A DNA stretch of 64,000 bases, from positions 1,632,001 to 1,696,000 of the forward strand of contig CAWCRS010000007.1 in NCBI GenBank assembly GCA_963798085.1. The letters run 5' to 3'. Positions 1-9,172 of this stretch are shown one piece after another (position 1 is the first letter of the stretch; every line of letters starts with the position of its first letter). The stretch is from an uncultured Gemmatimonadales bacterium (GTDB lineage: Bacteria; Gemmatimonadota; Gemmatimonadetes; Longimicrobiales; RSA9). The notes beneath the pieces were generated by a model that made no database searches, was not told the DNA's origin, and saw only the letters and a program-made list of their open reading frames with translations. A program made the position numbers and the translations under genes.

Positions 1-1236
1 AGCATTGCCAATGAACTGGGTGTCGAGAGTGGCAGCCGGATCGTCCGCATCAATGGCGAGCCGGTGCGCGATGCCATCGACCTGCGCTTCCGCGAAGTCG
101 ATGAACGCCTCGAGGTGGAAGTTGTTGCCGGCGGTGCCAACACCGTGTTCGAGATCGAGAAGCCCGCCGGCGAGCCGCTCGGCGTGGTACCCGCGCCCGA
201 TCCGGTCCGCCAGTGCGCCAACCGCTGCCCGTTCTGCTTCATTGATGGCAACCCGGCCGGTGCGCGCCGCTCGCTGTACGTGAAGGACGACGATTTCCGC
301 CTCTCGTTCACATACGGCAGCTATGTCACCCTCACCAACCTCGGCCCGCGCGGCTTCGAGCGCCTCATCGAACAACGACTCTCGCCGCTCTACGTCAGTG
401 TGCACGCGACCGAGCCCGCCGCGCGCAGGGCCGCGCTCGGCGTCGAGCGCGGCGGCGAGATCCTGAGCGATCTGGCGCGACTGCTGGAAGGGGGGCTCGA
501 AGTCCACACGCAGGTGGTGCTGTGTCCGGGCCTGAACGATGATGTGCACCTGGAGCGCACCATTGATGACCTGTGGGCGCTGGGCGAAGGCATTCTCTCG
601 CTCAGCATCGTGCCGGTCGGACTCACCCGCTTCAACCTGCACCGACCCATCCGGCTGCTCGACAGCGCTGATGCCCGCCGCGCACTGGCGCAGATCGAGC
701 GCGGGCGGCAGCGCGCACGAACCGAACGCGGCACGGGCTGGGTTTACGCAGCGGACGAGATGTTCTTCCTCGCGCAGCAACCGCTACCCGCAGCCGCCTG
801 GTACAATGACTGGCCACTCACCGAGAACGGCGTGGGCGCGGTACGCTGGCTGCTGGACCGCTTCGCGCGTGATCTGCGACGCACGCCCGGGCTGCGCGGC
901 CGGCATGTCACGCTGGTCACCGGCCAGCGCATGGCGCCCGTGCTGGCGACCCTCGCCGGGCAGCTGGCTTCGGCCGCCGACTGCGACATCGAGGTGACCG
1001 CCGTGCGCAACCAGTACTTCGGCGAAACCGTGACCACGGCGGGACTGCTGGCCGGCATGGACATCCTCGACGCGCTGGGCAGCAGCAGGCGGGACATCGT
1101 GCTGCTGCCGGCCGAAGCGCTGAACGACGACGACCGTTTCATTGATGACACGCCGTTAGCCGACGTGATGGCGGCGCTGGCGCCGGCGCGGGTACTGCCC
1201 GCCCACGAAATCCACAGCGCACTGAAGGACCTGTGA
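1..1236 (+). CDS. DUF512-family Fe-S/radical SAM-like protein with N-terminal PDZ-like domain (5' end outside window)
   Basis: Frame open from base 1; CANRCPFC (CxxxCxxC), DDDFRLSF, YVTLTNL and ENGVG motifs; stop overlaps the der start. Confidence 0.85.
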   Translation, partial: SIANELGVESGSRIVRINGEPVRDAIDLRFREVDERLEVEVVAGGANTVFEIEKPAGEPLGVVPAPDPVRQCANRCPFCFIDGNPAGARRSLYVKDDDFRLSFTYGSYVTLTNLGPRGFERLIEQRLSPLYVSVHATEPAARRAALGVERGGEILSDLARLLEGGLEVHTQVVLCPGLNDDVHLERTIDDLWALGEGILSLSIVPVGLTRFNLHRPIRLLDSADARRALAQIERGRQRARTERGTGWVYAADEMFFLAQQPLPAAAWYNDWPLTENGVGAVRWLLDRFARDLRRTPGLRGRHVTLVTGQRMAPVLATLAGQLASAADCDIEVTAVRNQYFGETVTTAGLLAGMDILDALGSSRRDIVLLPAEALNDDDRFIDDTPLADVMAALAPARVLPAHEIHSALKDL

Positions 1237-2561
1237 GCACTGCACTGCCGACCGTCGCCATCGTGGGCCGCCCCAATGTGGGCAAGTCCACGCTCTTCAA
1301 TCGTGTGCTGGGCCAGCGCCGCGCCATCGTGGATGACAAGCCGGGCGTCACGCGTGACCGCAATTTTGCGCGCGCGTCCTGGGCGGGTCACGACTTCTTC
1401 GTGGTGGATACGGGCGGCCTCGAGCCGGACACGAAGGATGCCCTGCCCAGCGCCATCCGGCGACAGGTCGAGGCGGCACTCGAAGAAGCCAATGTGCTGC
1501 TCTTCGTGGTGGACGGCAAGGAAGGGCCGAGCCCGTCGGATGAACGCGTGGCGGAATTGCTGCGCAAGACGGCCCGGCCGGTGCTGCTGGTGGTCAACAA
1601 GATGGACCGGCTGCCCGACGACCTGGGCCATTTCGACTTCTGGGAGCTGGGCCTGGGCGAGCCCATTGCCGTGAGTGCCATTACCGGCAAGGGATCAGGC
1701 GACCTGCTGGATCGTGTGATCGCCGCGCTGCCGCAACGCGACGTCGCCGCCGACGAAGGCGCGCTCAATGTGGCCGTGATCGGCAAGCCGAACGTGGGCA
1801 AGTCGAGCTTCATTAACAGACTGTTGGGCCAGGAGCGGCTGGTGGTGAGCGAGGAAGCAGGCACCACACGTGACAGCATCGACACCCCCATGATCTACCA
1901 CGAACGCACGCTCATCTTCATTGATACGGCAGGCCTGCGCCGGCATGCGCGCATCGAACCGGGCCTCGAGTATTACAGCTCGCTGCGTACCGAGCGCGCC
2001 ATCGAGCGCGCCGACGTGTGCCTGCTGCTGATCAATGCGACCGAGCCGGTGCACGGGCAGGACCTGCGCATCGCGGAACGCGCGTGGCGCAGTGGCTGCG
2101 GCCTCATCATCGTGGTCAACAAATGGGACCTGGTGGAGAAGGAGACGATGACGGCCGTCGAGTACGAGCGCGCCTTGCGCGCGCGCGCGCCGGCCCTGGG
2201 CACCGTACCCGTGCTGTTCGCCTCCGCGCTGACGGGACAGCGCGTGCAGCGCGTGCTGGACCTGATCCTCACGGTGGCCGCGAACCGGTCGACGCGCATC
2301 GCAACGAGCGCTGTGAACGAAGTCGTGGCCGAGCTGGCGAAGCGACTGCCGCCGCCGAACTACCGGGGCTTCCCGGTGCGCTTCCTGTACGCCACACAGG
2401 CCGCCGCCGACCCGCCCACGTTCGTGATCTTCACGAATCACCCGGACGCCGTGCCTGAGCATTACATGCGCTACCTGCGCAACGGCTTTCGCGAACACTG
2501 GGGTTTTGCCGGCACACCGATCCGCATCCGGTTGCGGGCGAAGTCGGAGAAGAAGCAGTGA
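1233..2561 (+). CDS. der: Ribosome biogenesis GTPase Der (EngA)
   Basis: Two G domains (GRPNVGKS/DTGG/NKMD and GKPNVGKS/DTAG/NKWD) plus C-terminal KH-like domain. Confidence 0.98.
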   Translation: MSTALPTVAIVGRPNVGKSTLFNRVLGQRRAIVDDKPGVTRDRNFARASWAGHDFFVVDTGGLEPDTKDALPSAIRRQVEAALEEANVLLFVVDGKEGPSPSDERVAELLRKTARPVLLVVNKMDRLPDDLGHFDFWELGLGEPIAVSAITGKGSGDLLDRVIAALPQRDVAADEGALNVAVIGKPNVGKSSFINRLLGQERLVVSEEAGTTRDSIDTPMIYHERTLIFIDTAGLRRHARIEPGLEYYSSLRTERAIERADVCLLLINATEPVHGQDLRIAERAWRSGCGLIIVVNKWDLVEKETMTAVEYERALRARAPALGTVPVLFASALTGQRVQRVLDLILTVAANRSTRIATSAVNEVVAELAKRLPPPNYRGFPVRFLYATQAAADPPTFVIFTNHPDAVPEHYMRYLRNGFREHWGFAGTPIRIRLRAKSEKKQ

Positions 2562-2571
2562 GCAGGCGGGC

Positions 2572-3177
2572 GTGACCGCTCTCTACATTGTCCTTGCCTA
2601 TCTGACAGGCGCGTTCCCCACGAGCTACGTGGTGGCGAAAGTCGGGTACGGCATTGATCTCCGGCAGCACGGCAGCGGCAACCTGGGCGCGACCAACGCC
2701 TACCGCCTGCTGGGCTGGAAAGCAGCGCTGCCCATTTTCATCGTCGACATCGCGAAAGGCTGGTTTCCCACGTTCTGCTTTCCGCTGTGGAACGCGGGCG
2801 GGTCGCCGGACTGGGCCATGGTGTTCGGTGCAGCCGCCATACTCGGCCACGTGTATTCCGTGTACGTGCGCTTCCGCGGCGGCAAGGGTGTTGCCACCAG
2901 CGCGGGCGTGCTGCTCGCCTTGCAGCCTGTTGCCATGCTCGTCGGCCTCGCGGTGTGGGCGGGACTGGTGTGGGCCACCGGCTACGTCTCGCTCGCGTCG
3001 ATTGCGGCCGCACTGGTGATTCCTGTCGCCGTGCTGCTGCTCAATGGTGTGGGCGCGCTGTTCTGGCTCACCCTCGCGCTCGCGGGGTTCGTGGTGTGGG
3101 CGCATCGCGCGAACATCAAACGCCTGCTCGAGGGAAGCGAACACCGCTTCGGTCACCGCCGGGAGGAGGCGAAGTGA
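2572..3177 (+). CDS. plsY: Glycerol-3-phosphate acyltransferase PlsY
   Basis: GSGNLGATN, GGKGVAT and HRANIKRL motifs; GTG start at 2572 inferred. Confidence 0.95.
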   Translation: MTALYIVLAYLTGAFPTSYVVAKVGYGIDLRQHGSGNLGATNAYRLLGWKAALPIFIVDIAKGWFPTFCFPLWNAGGSPDWAMVFGAAAILGHVYSVYVRFRGGKGVATSAGVLLALQPVAMLVGLAVWAGLVWATGYVSLASIAAALVIPVAVLLLNGVGALFWLTLALAGFVVWAHRANIKRLLEGSEHRFGHRREEAK

Positions 3178-4184
3178 GTGAACGCATCGGTGTCGTGGGC
3201 GCGGGGAGCTGGGGCACCGCGCTGGCCGGTCTGCTGGCCGGCAAGGGCCACGACGTGCGACTCTGGGCGTTCGAGGAAGAAGTGGTCCGCGGCATCAACG
3301 AGCGCCACGAGAATCCGCTGTACCTTGCCGGCATCCGTCTGGCCGCTTCACTGGTGGCCACGCGCGACGTGAGCGAAGCCGTGCGGGGCGCCGGCACCAT
3401 CGTTTCCGTCAGTCCAGCGCAGCACGTGCGCAAAGTCATGAGCACCGCCGCACCCGCCATTGCGCCGGACGCGATCGTGGTCAGTGCATCGAAGGGTATC
3501 GAGAAGGGTACGCTCTGTACAATGGCGCAGGTGCTGAGCAGCGTGCTGCCCGCCGGCACGAGCGCACGTACCGCATACCTCTCGGGCCCGAGCTTCGCCG
3601 CGGAAGTTGCGCACGAGCTGGCCACCGCGGTCACGGTCGCGAGTGAGAGCGAAAGCACGGCAAGGAAAGCACAGGCACTCTTCCAGACATCGTTCTTCCG
3701 CGTCTACCGCAGCAGTGATGTGACGGGTGTGGAGCTGGGTGGCGCACTGAAGAACGTGATCGCCATTGCGGCCGGCATGGCGGTGGGACTGGGTCAGGGC
3801 CACAACGCGACCGCGGCGCTGATCACGCGGGGACTCGCGGAAATTGCGCGACTGGGCATGGCACTGGGCGCCCGGCCGCTCACACTTTCCGGACTCGCGG
3901 GTATGGGTGACCTGATCCTGACGTGCACTGGCGAGCTGAGCCGCAACCGCCACGTTGGCGTCGAGCTGGGCCGGGGCCGGCCATTGCGCGAGATTCTGCA
4001 GGGCATGACGATGATCGCGGAAGGCATAGACACCACCATCGCGGCCCGGGCACTGGCCGAGCGCGAAGGCATCGAAATGCCCATCGTGCTCGCTGTACAC
4101 TCTGTGCTGTTCGAGAATCGCACGGCGAGGGAAGCACTGGACACGCTCATGCTGCGTGAGCCCAAACCGGAGTTCTGGTCATGA
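3174..4184 (+). CDS. gpsA: NAD(P)H-dependent glycerol-3-phosphate dehydrogenase
   Basis: GAGSWGTALA, SGPSFA, GALKNVIAIAAG, GDLILTC..SRN; GTG start overlaps the plsY stop. Confidence 0.97.
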   Translation: MSERIGVVGAGSWGTALAGLLAGKGHDVRLWAFEEEVVRGINERHENPLYLAGIRLAASLVATRDVSEAVRGAGTIVSVSPAQHVRKVMSTAAPAIAPDAIVVSASKGIEKGTLCTMAQVLSSVLPAGTSARTAYLSGPSFAAEVAHELATAVTVASESESTARKAQALFQTSFFRVYRSSDVTGVELGGALKNVIAIAAGMAVGLGQGHNATAALITRGLAEIARLGMALGARPLTLSGLAGMGDLILTCTGELSRNRHVGVELGRGRPLREILQGMTMIAEGIDTTIAARALAEREGIEMPIVLAVHSVLFENRTAREALDTLMLREPKPEFWS

Positions 4185-4744
4185 ACAACGAATCGGGCGA
4201 CGATCTGTTCCCCTGGGAGACGGAAGAGTCGGAAGCGACGGTCGAAGCGCAGGGCGTGTCTGCCCTGGCGCCGTCGCCGATCGCACCTGCCCCGTCCGGC
4301 GCGACCGCGCGGGGACAGCGGCGGGACGAACGCGTGGACGAAGTGCGCACCGATGATGATGGCAGCGCGAACCCGCCGGTGCGCGACCGCGCGGTCACAC
4401 AACGCGAGTACTACTCGATCAGCGAGGTCTGCGACATGGTGGGCCTCAAGCCACACGTGCTGCGCTACTGGGAAACACAGTTCGCTCCGCTCAATCCTTC
4501 GAAGAACCGTTCCGGCAACCGCGTCTACCAGCGCAAGGAAATCCGCCTGATCGTCCTCGTGAAGTTCCTGTTGTACGAGGAGAAATACACGGTGGAAGGC
4601 GCCCGGGCGAAGCTGGATCAGCTGCGCCGCACGGGCAAGCTGCCGGAGATGGCAGGCCGCGCGCTGCGCGCGGACACCGCGGACCTCGTGCGCGGCGAGC
4701 TGGAGCAGCTGCTGCGCGTGCTGACGCCTCCTGCGCACGCCTGA
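4181..4744 (+). CDS. MerR-family transcriptional regulator with disordered N-terminal extension
   Basis: YYSISEVCDMVGLKPHVLRYWETQF...SGNRVY helix-turn-helix. Confidence 0.88.
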   Translation: MNNESGDDLFPWETEESEATVEAQGVSALAPSPIAPAPSGATARGQRRDERVDEVRTDDDGSANPPVRDRAVTQREYYSISEVCDMVGLKPHVLRYWETQFAPLNPSKNRSGNRVYQRKEIRLIVLVKFLLYEEKYTVEGARAKLDQLRRTGKLPEMAGRALRADTADLVRGELEQLLRVLTPPAHA

Positions 4745-5493
4745 TGCTGACCCTGGTAACCAACGATGACGGGTGGCTGGCGGGAGGTCTGCGGATACTG
4801 TCGCAGGCCGCTGCCGAGCTGGGTACCGTCGCCGTGGTTGCGCCCGACCGTGAACAGAGCGCCACCAGCCATTCCCTGACACTGCATTACCCACTGCGCG
4901 TGCGCCACGCCGACAATGGCGTGATGGTCGTCGACGGCACACCTACCGACTGCGTCGTGCTGGCGGTGGGCGAGCTGCTGCCGCAGCGACCCGACTTCGT
5001 GCTGTCCGGTGTGAATCACGGCGCCAATCTGGGCGATGATGTGCTTTATTCAGGCACGGTCGCCGCCGCCATGGAAGCGACTATCCTCGGCATTCCCGCG
5101 GTCGCGGTTTCCTACACGGGGCAGGATGCGGAAGCGCTGAGCGAGTGGGTGCCGCTCCTGGGCCGACTGCTGCGCCAGCTGCTGCTGCGCACGGAGCTGC
5201 CCAGGGAGACGCTGTTCAACGTCAACCTGCCGGCCGTGGCGCCGGGCAATGTGGCAGGCGTGCGCATCACGACGCTGGGGCGCCGCGCCTACATGGGATC
5301 GCTCACGCGGGCTGCGGATCCCGCGGGCCGGGAATATTTCTGGATCGGTGGTGGCGAGTCGACGTGGTGGGGCAAGGACGATTCCGATTTCCGCGCCGTG
5401 CACGAAGGCTTCATTTCTGTGACGCCACTGCACCTCGATCTCACCAACTACGGTCTGCTGGAGGAGATCGGCCGGTGGGACCTGAAGCTCTGA
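4744..5493 (+). CDS. surE: 5'/3'-nucleotidase SurE
   Basis: LVTNDDG, SGVNHGANLG, YSGTVAAA and ISVTPL motifs. Confidence 0.97.
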   Translation: MLTLVTNDDGWLAGGLRILSQAAAELGTVAVVAPDREQSATSHSLTLHYPLRVRHADNGVMVVDGTPTDCVVLAVGELLPQRPDFVLSGVNHGANLGDDVLYSGTVAAAMEATILGIPAVAVSYTGQDAEALSEWVPLLGRLLRQLLLRTELPRETLFNVNLPAVAPGNVAGVRITTLGRRAYMGSLTRAADPAGREYFWIGGGESTWWGKDDSDFRAVHEGFISVTPLHLDLTNYGLLEEIGRWDLKL

Positions 5494-6137
5494 GCGATGC
5501 GCGCTACGAGCGCCAGCGACAGCGCCTGATCGAGCAGCTGCGCGAGCACGGCACGCAGGACCTCACCATCCTGCGCGCCTTCGATCTGGTGCCTCGCCAT
5601 CTCTTCCTGACGGAAGCGGTGCGCCATTTCGCCTACGACGATGAGGCCCTGCCCATCGGCTTCGGGCAGACTGCGTCGCAGCCATCCCTGCAGGCCCTCT
5701 ACATGCAAGTGCTGCAGCTGCAGCCCGGCGATCGCGTGCTCGAGATCGGCACGGGCAGCGGTTACCAGACCGCCGTGCTGTCCAACCTCGTGCAGCACGT
5801 GTACTCGGTCGAGCGCATTCGCGAACTGACCGCGCGCGCGCGCGCCGCGCTCGACCAGCTGCGCGTCAACAACGTGGCGCTGCTCACAGGCGATGGCAGC
5901 ATCGGCTGGTCACGATACGCACCCTACGACGCGATCCTCGTGGCGGCCGGCGCACCCGCACCCCCACAGGCGCTGCTCGATCAGCTCGCCCCCGCCGGCC
6001 GAATGCTCATCCCCATCGGGGATCGCGAGGTGCAGCGGCTCACACTGTTCCGCAAAACGGAGCAGGGCGTCGAGACTGAAGAGATCACGGCGTGCACGTT
6101 CGTGCCGCTGCTGGGCCGCTTCGGCTGGCCCGCCTGA
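5475..6137 (+). CDS. pcm: Protein-L-isoaspartate O-methyltransferase
   Basis: LPIGFGQTASQP, VLEIGTGSGYQ, APYDAI, FVPLLG; follows surE; GTG at 5475 has GAGGAG upstream. Confidence 0.95.
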   Translation: MGPEALSDARYERQRQRLIEQLREHGTQDLTILRAFDLVPRHLFLTEAVRHFAYDDEALPIGFGQTASQPSLQALYMQVLQLQPGDRVLEIGTGSGYQTAVLSNLVQHVYSVERIRELTARARAALDQLRVNNVALLTGDGSIGWSRYAPYDAILVAAGAPAPPQALLDQLAPAGRMLIPIGDREVQRLTLFRKTEQGVETEEITACTFVPLLGRFGWPA

Positions 6138-6182
6138 ACAGCTGCCCAACCGCAACGCGAACCCAGCGAGAAGGCCCCGCTC

Positions 6183-6830
6183 ATGGACCTGCTGCTCCAG
6201 CTCGTGGACTTCATCCTGCACATCGACGTGCACCTGGATGCCATCATCCGGGACTACGGTGCGTGGACCTACGGCATCCTGTTTCTCATCATCTTCTGCG
6301 AGACCGGACTGGTCGTCACGCCCTTCCTGCCGGGCGATTCGCTGCTGTTCGCCGCGGGTGCGTTCGCTGCGCGCGGCTCTCTCTCGGTGGCCACGCTGTT
6401 CCTTCTGCTCGCCGGCGCCGCGATCCTCGGCAATACCGTGAACTACTACGTGGGCCGCTTCCTCGCGCCACGAGCACAGCGCGGATTCCGCTTCGTCAAG
6501 CAGGAGCACCTCGATCGCACCCACGCGTTTTTCGAAAAGCACGGTGGCAAGACCATCGTGCTGACCCGCTTCGTGCCCATCATCCGCACCATGGCGCCGT
6601 TCGTCGCGGGACTGGGTGCGATGGAGCCGCGGGGCTTCGCAGCCTGGAATGCCGCCGGCGGCCTGCTGTGGATCGGACTGTTCGTTTTCGGCGGTTTCTT
6701 CTTCGGCAACATCCCGGCCGTCGAAGAGCACTTCACGTTTGTCATCCTCGGCATCATCGCACTGTCGGTACTGCCGGCCGTCATCGAGTTTCTGCGCCAC
6801 CGCCGGTCGCGCTCGCCCGTTCGCACCTGA
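6183..6830 (+). CDS. dedA: DedA family membrane protein
   Basis: ETGLVVTPFLPGDSLLF and RFVPIIRT motifs. Confidence 0.93.
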   Translation: MDLLLQLVDFILHIDVHLDAIIRDYGAWTYGILFLIIFCETGLVVTPFLPGDSLLFAAGAFAARGSLSVATLFLLLAGAAILGNTVNYYVGRFLAPRAQRGFRFVKQEHLDRTHAFFEKHGGKTIVLTRFVPIIRTMAPFVAGLGAMEPRGFAAWNAAGGLLWIGLFVFGGFFFGNIPAVEEHFTFVILGIIALSVLPAVIEFLRHRRSRSPVRT

Positions 6831-6959
6831 ACGCCTCGCCACGGTCGAGGCGCCAGGGCTTCACAGGCGGGGTCGACTCGCGCATCTTGCCCGGCATTGC
6901 GCGTTCCACGATTTCGTCCGGCTGCAGGCGGTGCGCGCGTCCCTCCGCACGTGAGGACC

Positions 6960-9089
6960 ATGAAACCCAGCGCTGTAGGCGCCACACTCCTGGCCACCAG
7001 CCTGCTGCTGGCGGCGGGCACGCGCCTGCAGGCGAGGCAGAGCAAGCAGGCGAAGGACACGACGCACGTCGTCGTCCTCGATCGTATTCCCGTCACGGTG
7101 GCACGGGGCACGGCGCCGCTGGCGAGACTGCCCGCCGCATTCGCGCACGTCGGCGCGGACGCGATCGGCGGGGCACAGGCGACGGTGGGCGTGGATGAAT
7201 CGCTGAGTCGCGTGCCCGGCATCTTCGTCAACAACCGCTACAATTTCTCGCTGGGCCCGCGCATCTCGATGCGCGGCCTGGGCTCGCGCGCGGCGTTCGG
7301 CGTGCGCGGCATCCGTGTGCTCGCGGATGGCATCCCGCTGACCATGCCGGACGGGCAGACCAACCTCAATAACCTCGAGTTGGGAACGGCCGACCGCATC
7401 GAAGTGATGCGCGGACCGGCATCGTCGCTTTACGGCAACGCCGCCGGCGGTGTGATCTCCATCTCGACGGAAGCGCCGCCCGCGCGCTTCGCATCGCAGG
7501 TGCGCGTGCTGGGCGGCGATGCGGGACGCGCCGGGGGCGGGCTCGACGCACTGTACAAGCTGCAGGCGGCGGCGGGCGGACCGATGGGCAACAGTGGTGG
7601 TGGCTGGATCGCCAGCCTCTCACGCATGCAGACCGACGGCTTCCGCGATTTCTCCCGCGCGGAGCAGACACTGCTGAACGTCGTCGCCCGGCAACCACTG
7701 GGTACGAACTCACGCATCACGGGGGTGGTCAACCTCTGGGACAGCCCGGTTGCCGAGAGCCCGGGCGCACTGCCCCTCGATTCCGTGCGCCGCAATCGCG
7801 ACATGGCATGGCCCGCGAACGTGCGCTCGAAAGCGGGCGAGGCGGACCGGCAGGGGCAGGTGGGGCTGGCGTTCGCGCACGCCATGGGCGGGAACCGCCT
7901 CGACATCGCGACCTACGGCCTGCAACGCGACATCAGGAACGCACTCGCGTTCGGCTACATCGATCTGACCCGAAAGGGCGGAGGTTTGCGCGCGTCGTGG
8001 GCCGGTGGGCCGGCCGGCGGGCGCTTCGCCGTCACCGCGGGCACCGACATCGAGTATGCCAGCGATGACCGCCGGGAATTCGACAACAATGGCGGTACGC
8101 CCGGTACACTGCGCCGCGATCAGCAGGATGAGGTAGGAACCGCGGCGCCGTTCGTCCAGTTGCTGCTCTCGCTTGCGCCTCGCCTTGACATGCTGTTAGG
8201 CGCGCGCTACGACGCTGTGCGCTTCACGACCACGGATCGCTTCCTGAGCGATGGGCGCGATGATTCCGGTGAGCGTACGCTTTCGGCGACCAGCCCCATG
8301 GCAGGACTGTCCTTCGAGCTGACGCACGCGCTGCACGTCTATGGCAATGTCGCGACTGCGTTCCAGACGCCCACCACGACCGAGCTGATCAATGCACCCC
8401 CGGCCACCGGCCAGTCCTGCTGCCCGGGTGGCTTCAACACCAACCTCCAACCGCAACGCGCTGTCAGCTTCGAAGCCGGCGCGCGCGGCGGCGTGGGCCG
8501 CTTCGACCTCGATCTGGCGGCGTACCACATGAAGGTGCGCCACACCATCGTGCCCTTCCAGGTGGCCGACGGCGAAGGACGCGAGTTCTTTCGCAATGCC
8601 GGTGAATCAAGACACAACGGGCTCGAGCTGGCCGCCAGCACGCATCTGGGCCCGCATGTCGTGTCACTGGCATGGACACTCACCGATTTCATCTTCATCG
8701 ACGATGGCGATCCCACCACCGCGTACGAGGGCAACCAGCTGCCCGGTGTGCCCCGCCAGCACGTGTTCGCCGGTTTGCAGCTGAGACCGGTGCACACGCT
8801 CCACCTCGATGCCGAGATGGAACACACAGGCCGGTACTTCGCCAACGATGCCAATGAGGCAACGGCCGTGAACGACGCGGCCACCGTGCTGAACCTGCGA
8901 CTCCGCTTCGATGCCCGCATTGGAGGCGTCAGCGCACAGCCCTTCCTGGCCCTCAATAATGCGACGGATACGCGCTACAACAGCTCGGTCGTAGTGAATG
9001 CGGCCGCGCGCCGATACTATGAGCCAGCTCCCCGCAGGAACTTCTATCTGGGTCTGGCCATGGCCGCGGGGCCGTGGCCCGGCTCCTGA
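6960..9089 (+). CDS. TonB-dependent receptor (YncD-like)
   Basis: Signal peptide, plug motifs (GVRGIRVLADGIPLT, RIEVMRGPASSLYGNAAGGVI) and C-terminal YYEPAPRRNFY. Confidence 0.9.
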   Translation: MKPSAVGATLLATSLLLAAGTRLQARQSKQAKDTTHVVVLDRIPVTVARGTAPLARLPAAFAHVGADAIGGAQATVGVDESLSRVPGIFVNNRYNFSLGPRISMRGLGSRAAFGVRGIRVLADGIPLTMPDGQTNLNNLELGTADRIEVMRGPASSLYGNAAGGVISISTEAPPARFASQVRVLGGDAGRAGGGLDALYKLQAAAGGPMGNSGGGWIASLSRMQTDGFRDFSRAEQTLLNVVARQPLGTNSRITGVVNLWDSPVAESPGALPLDSVRRNRDMAWPANVRSKAGEADRQGQVGLAFAHAMGGNRLDIATYGLQRDIRNALAFGYIDLTRKGGGLRASWAGGPAGGRFAVTAGTDIEYASDDRREFDNNGGTPGTLRRDQQDEVGTAAPFVQLLLSLAPRLDMLLGARYDAVRFTTTDRFLSDGRDDSGERTLSATSPMAGLSFELTHALHVYGNVATAFQTPTTTELINAPPATGQSCCPGGFNTNLQPQRAVSFEAGARGGVGRFDLDLAAYHMKVRHTIVPFQVADGEGREFFRNAGESRHNGLELAASTHLGPHVVSLAWTLTDFIFIDDGDPTTAYEGNQLPGVPRQHVFAGLQLRPVHTLHLDAEMEHTGRYFANDANEATAVNDAATVLNLRLRFDARIGGVSAQPFLALNNATDTRYNSSVVVNAAARRYYEPAPRRNFYLGLAMAAGPWPGS

Positions 9090-9172
9090 CGCCATCTGTC
9101 GGAGGTCCGGCGCGGCGACTACAATTGCGCGAGTTCGCCGCACCGATCCCCGCGCCGAGGAAAGGACCGTCC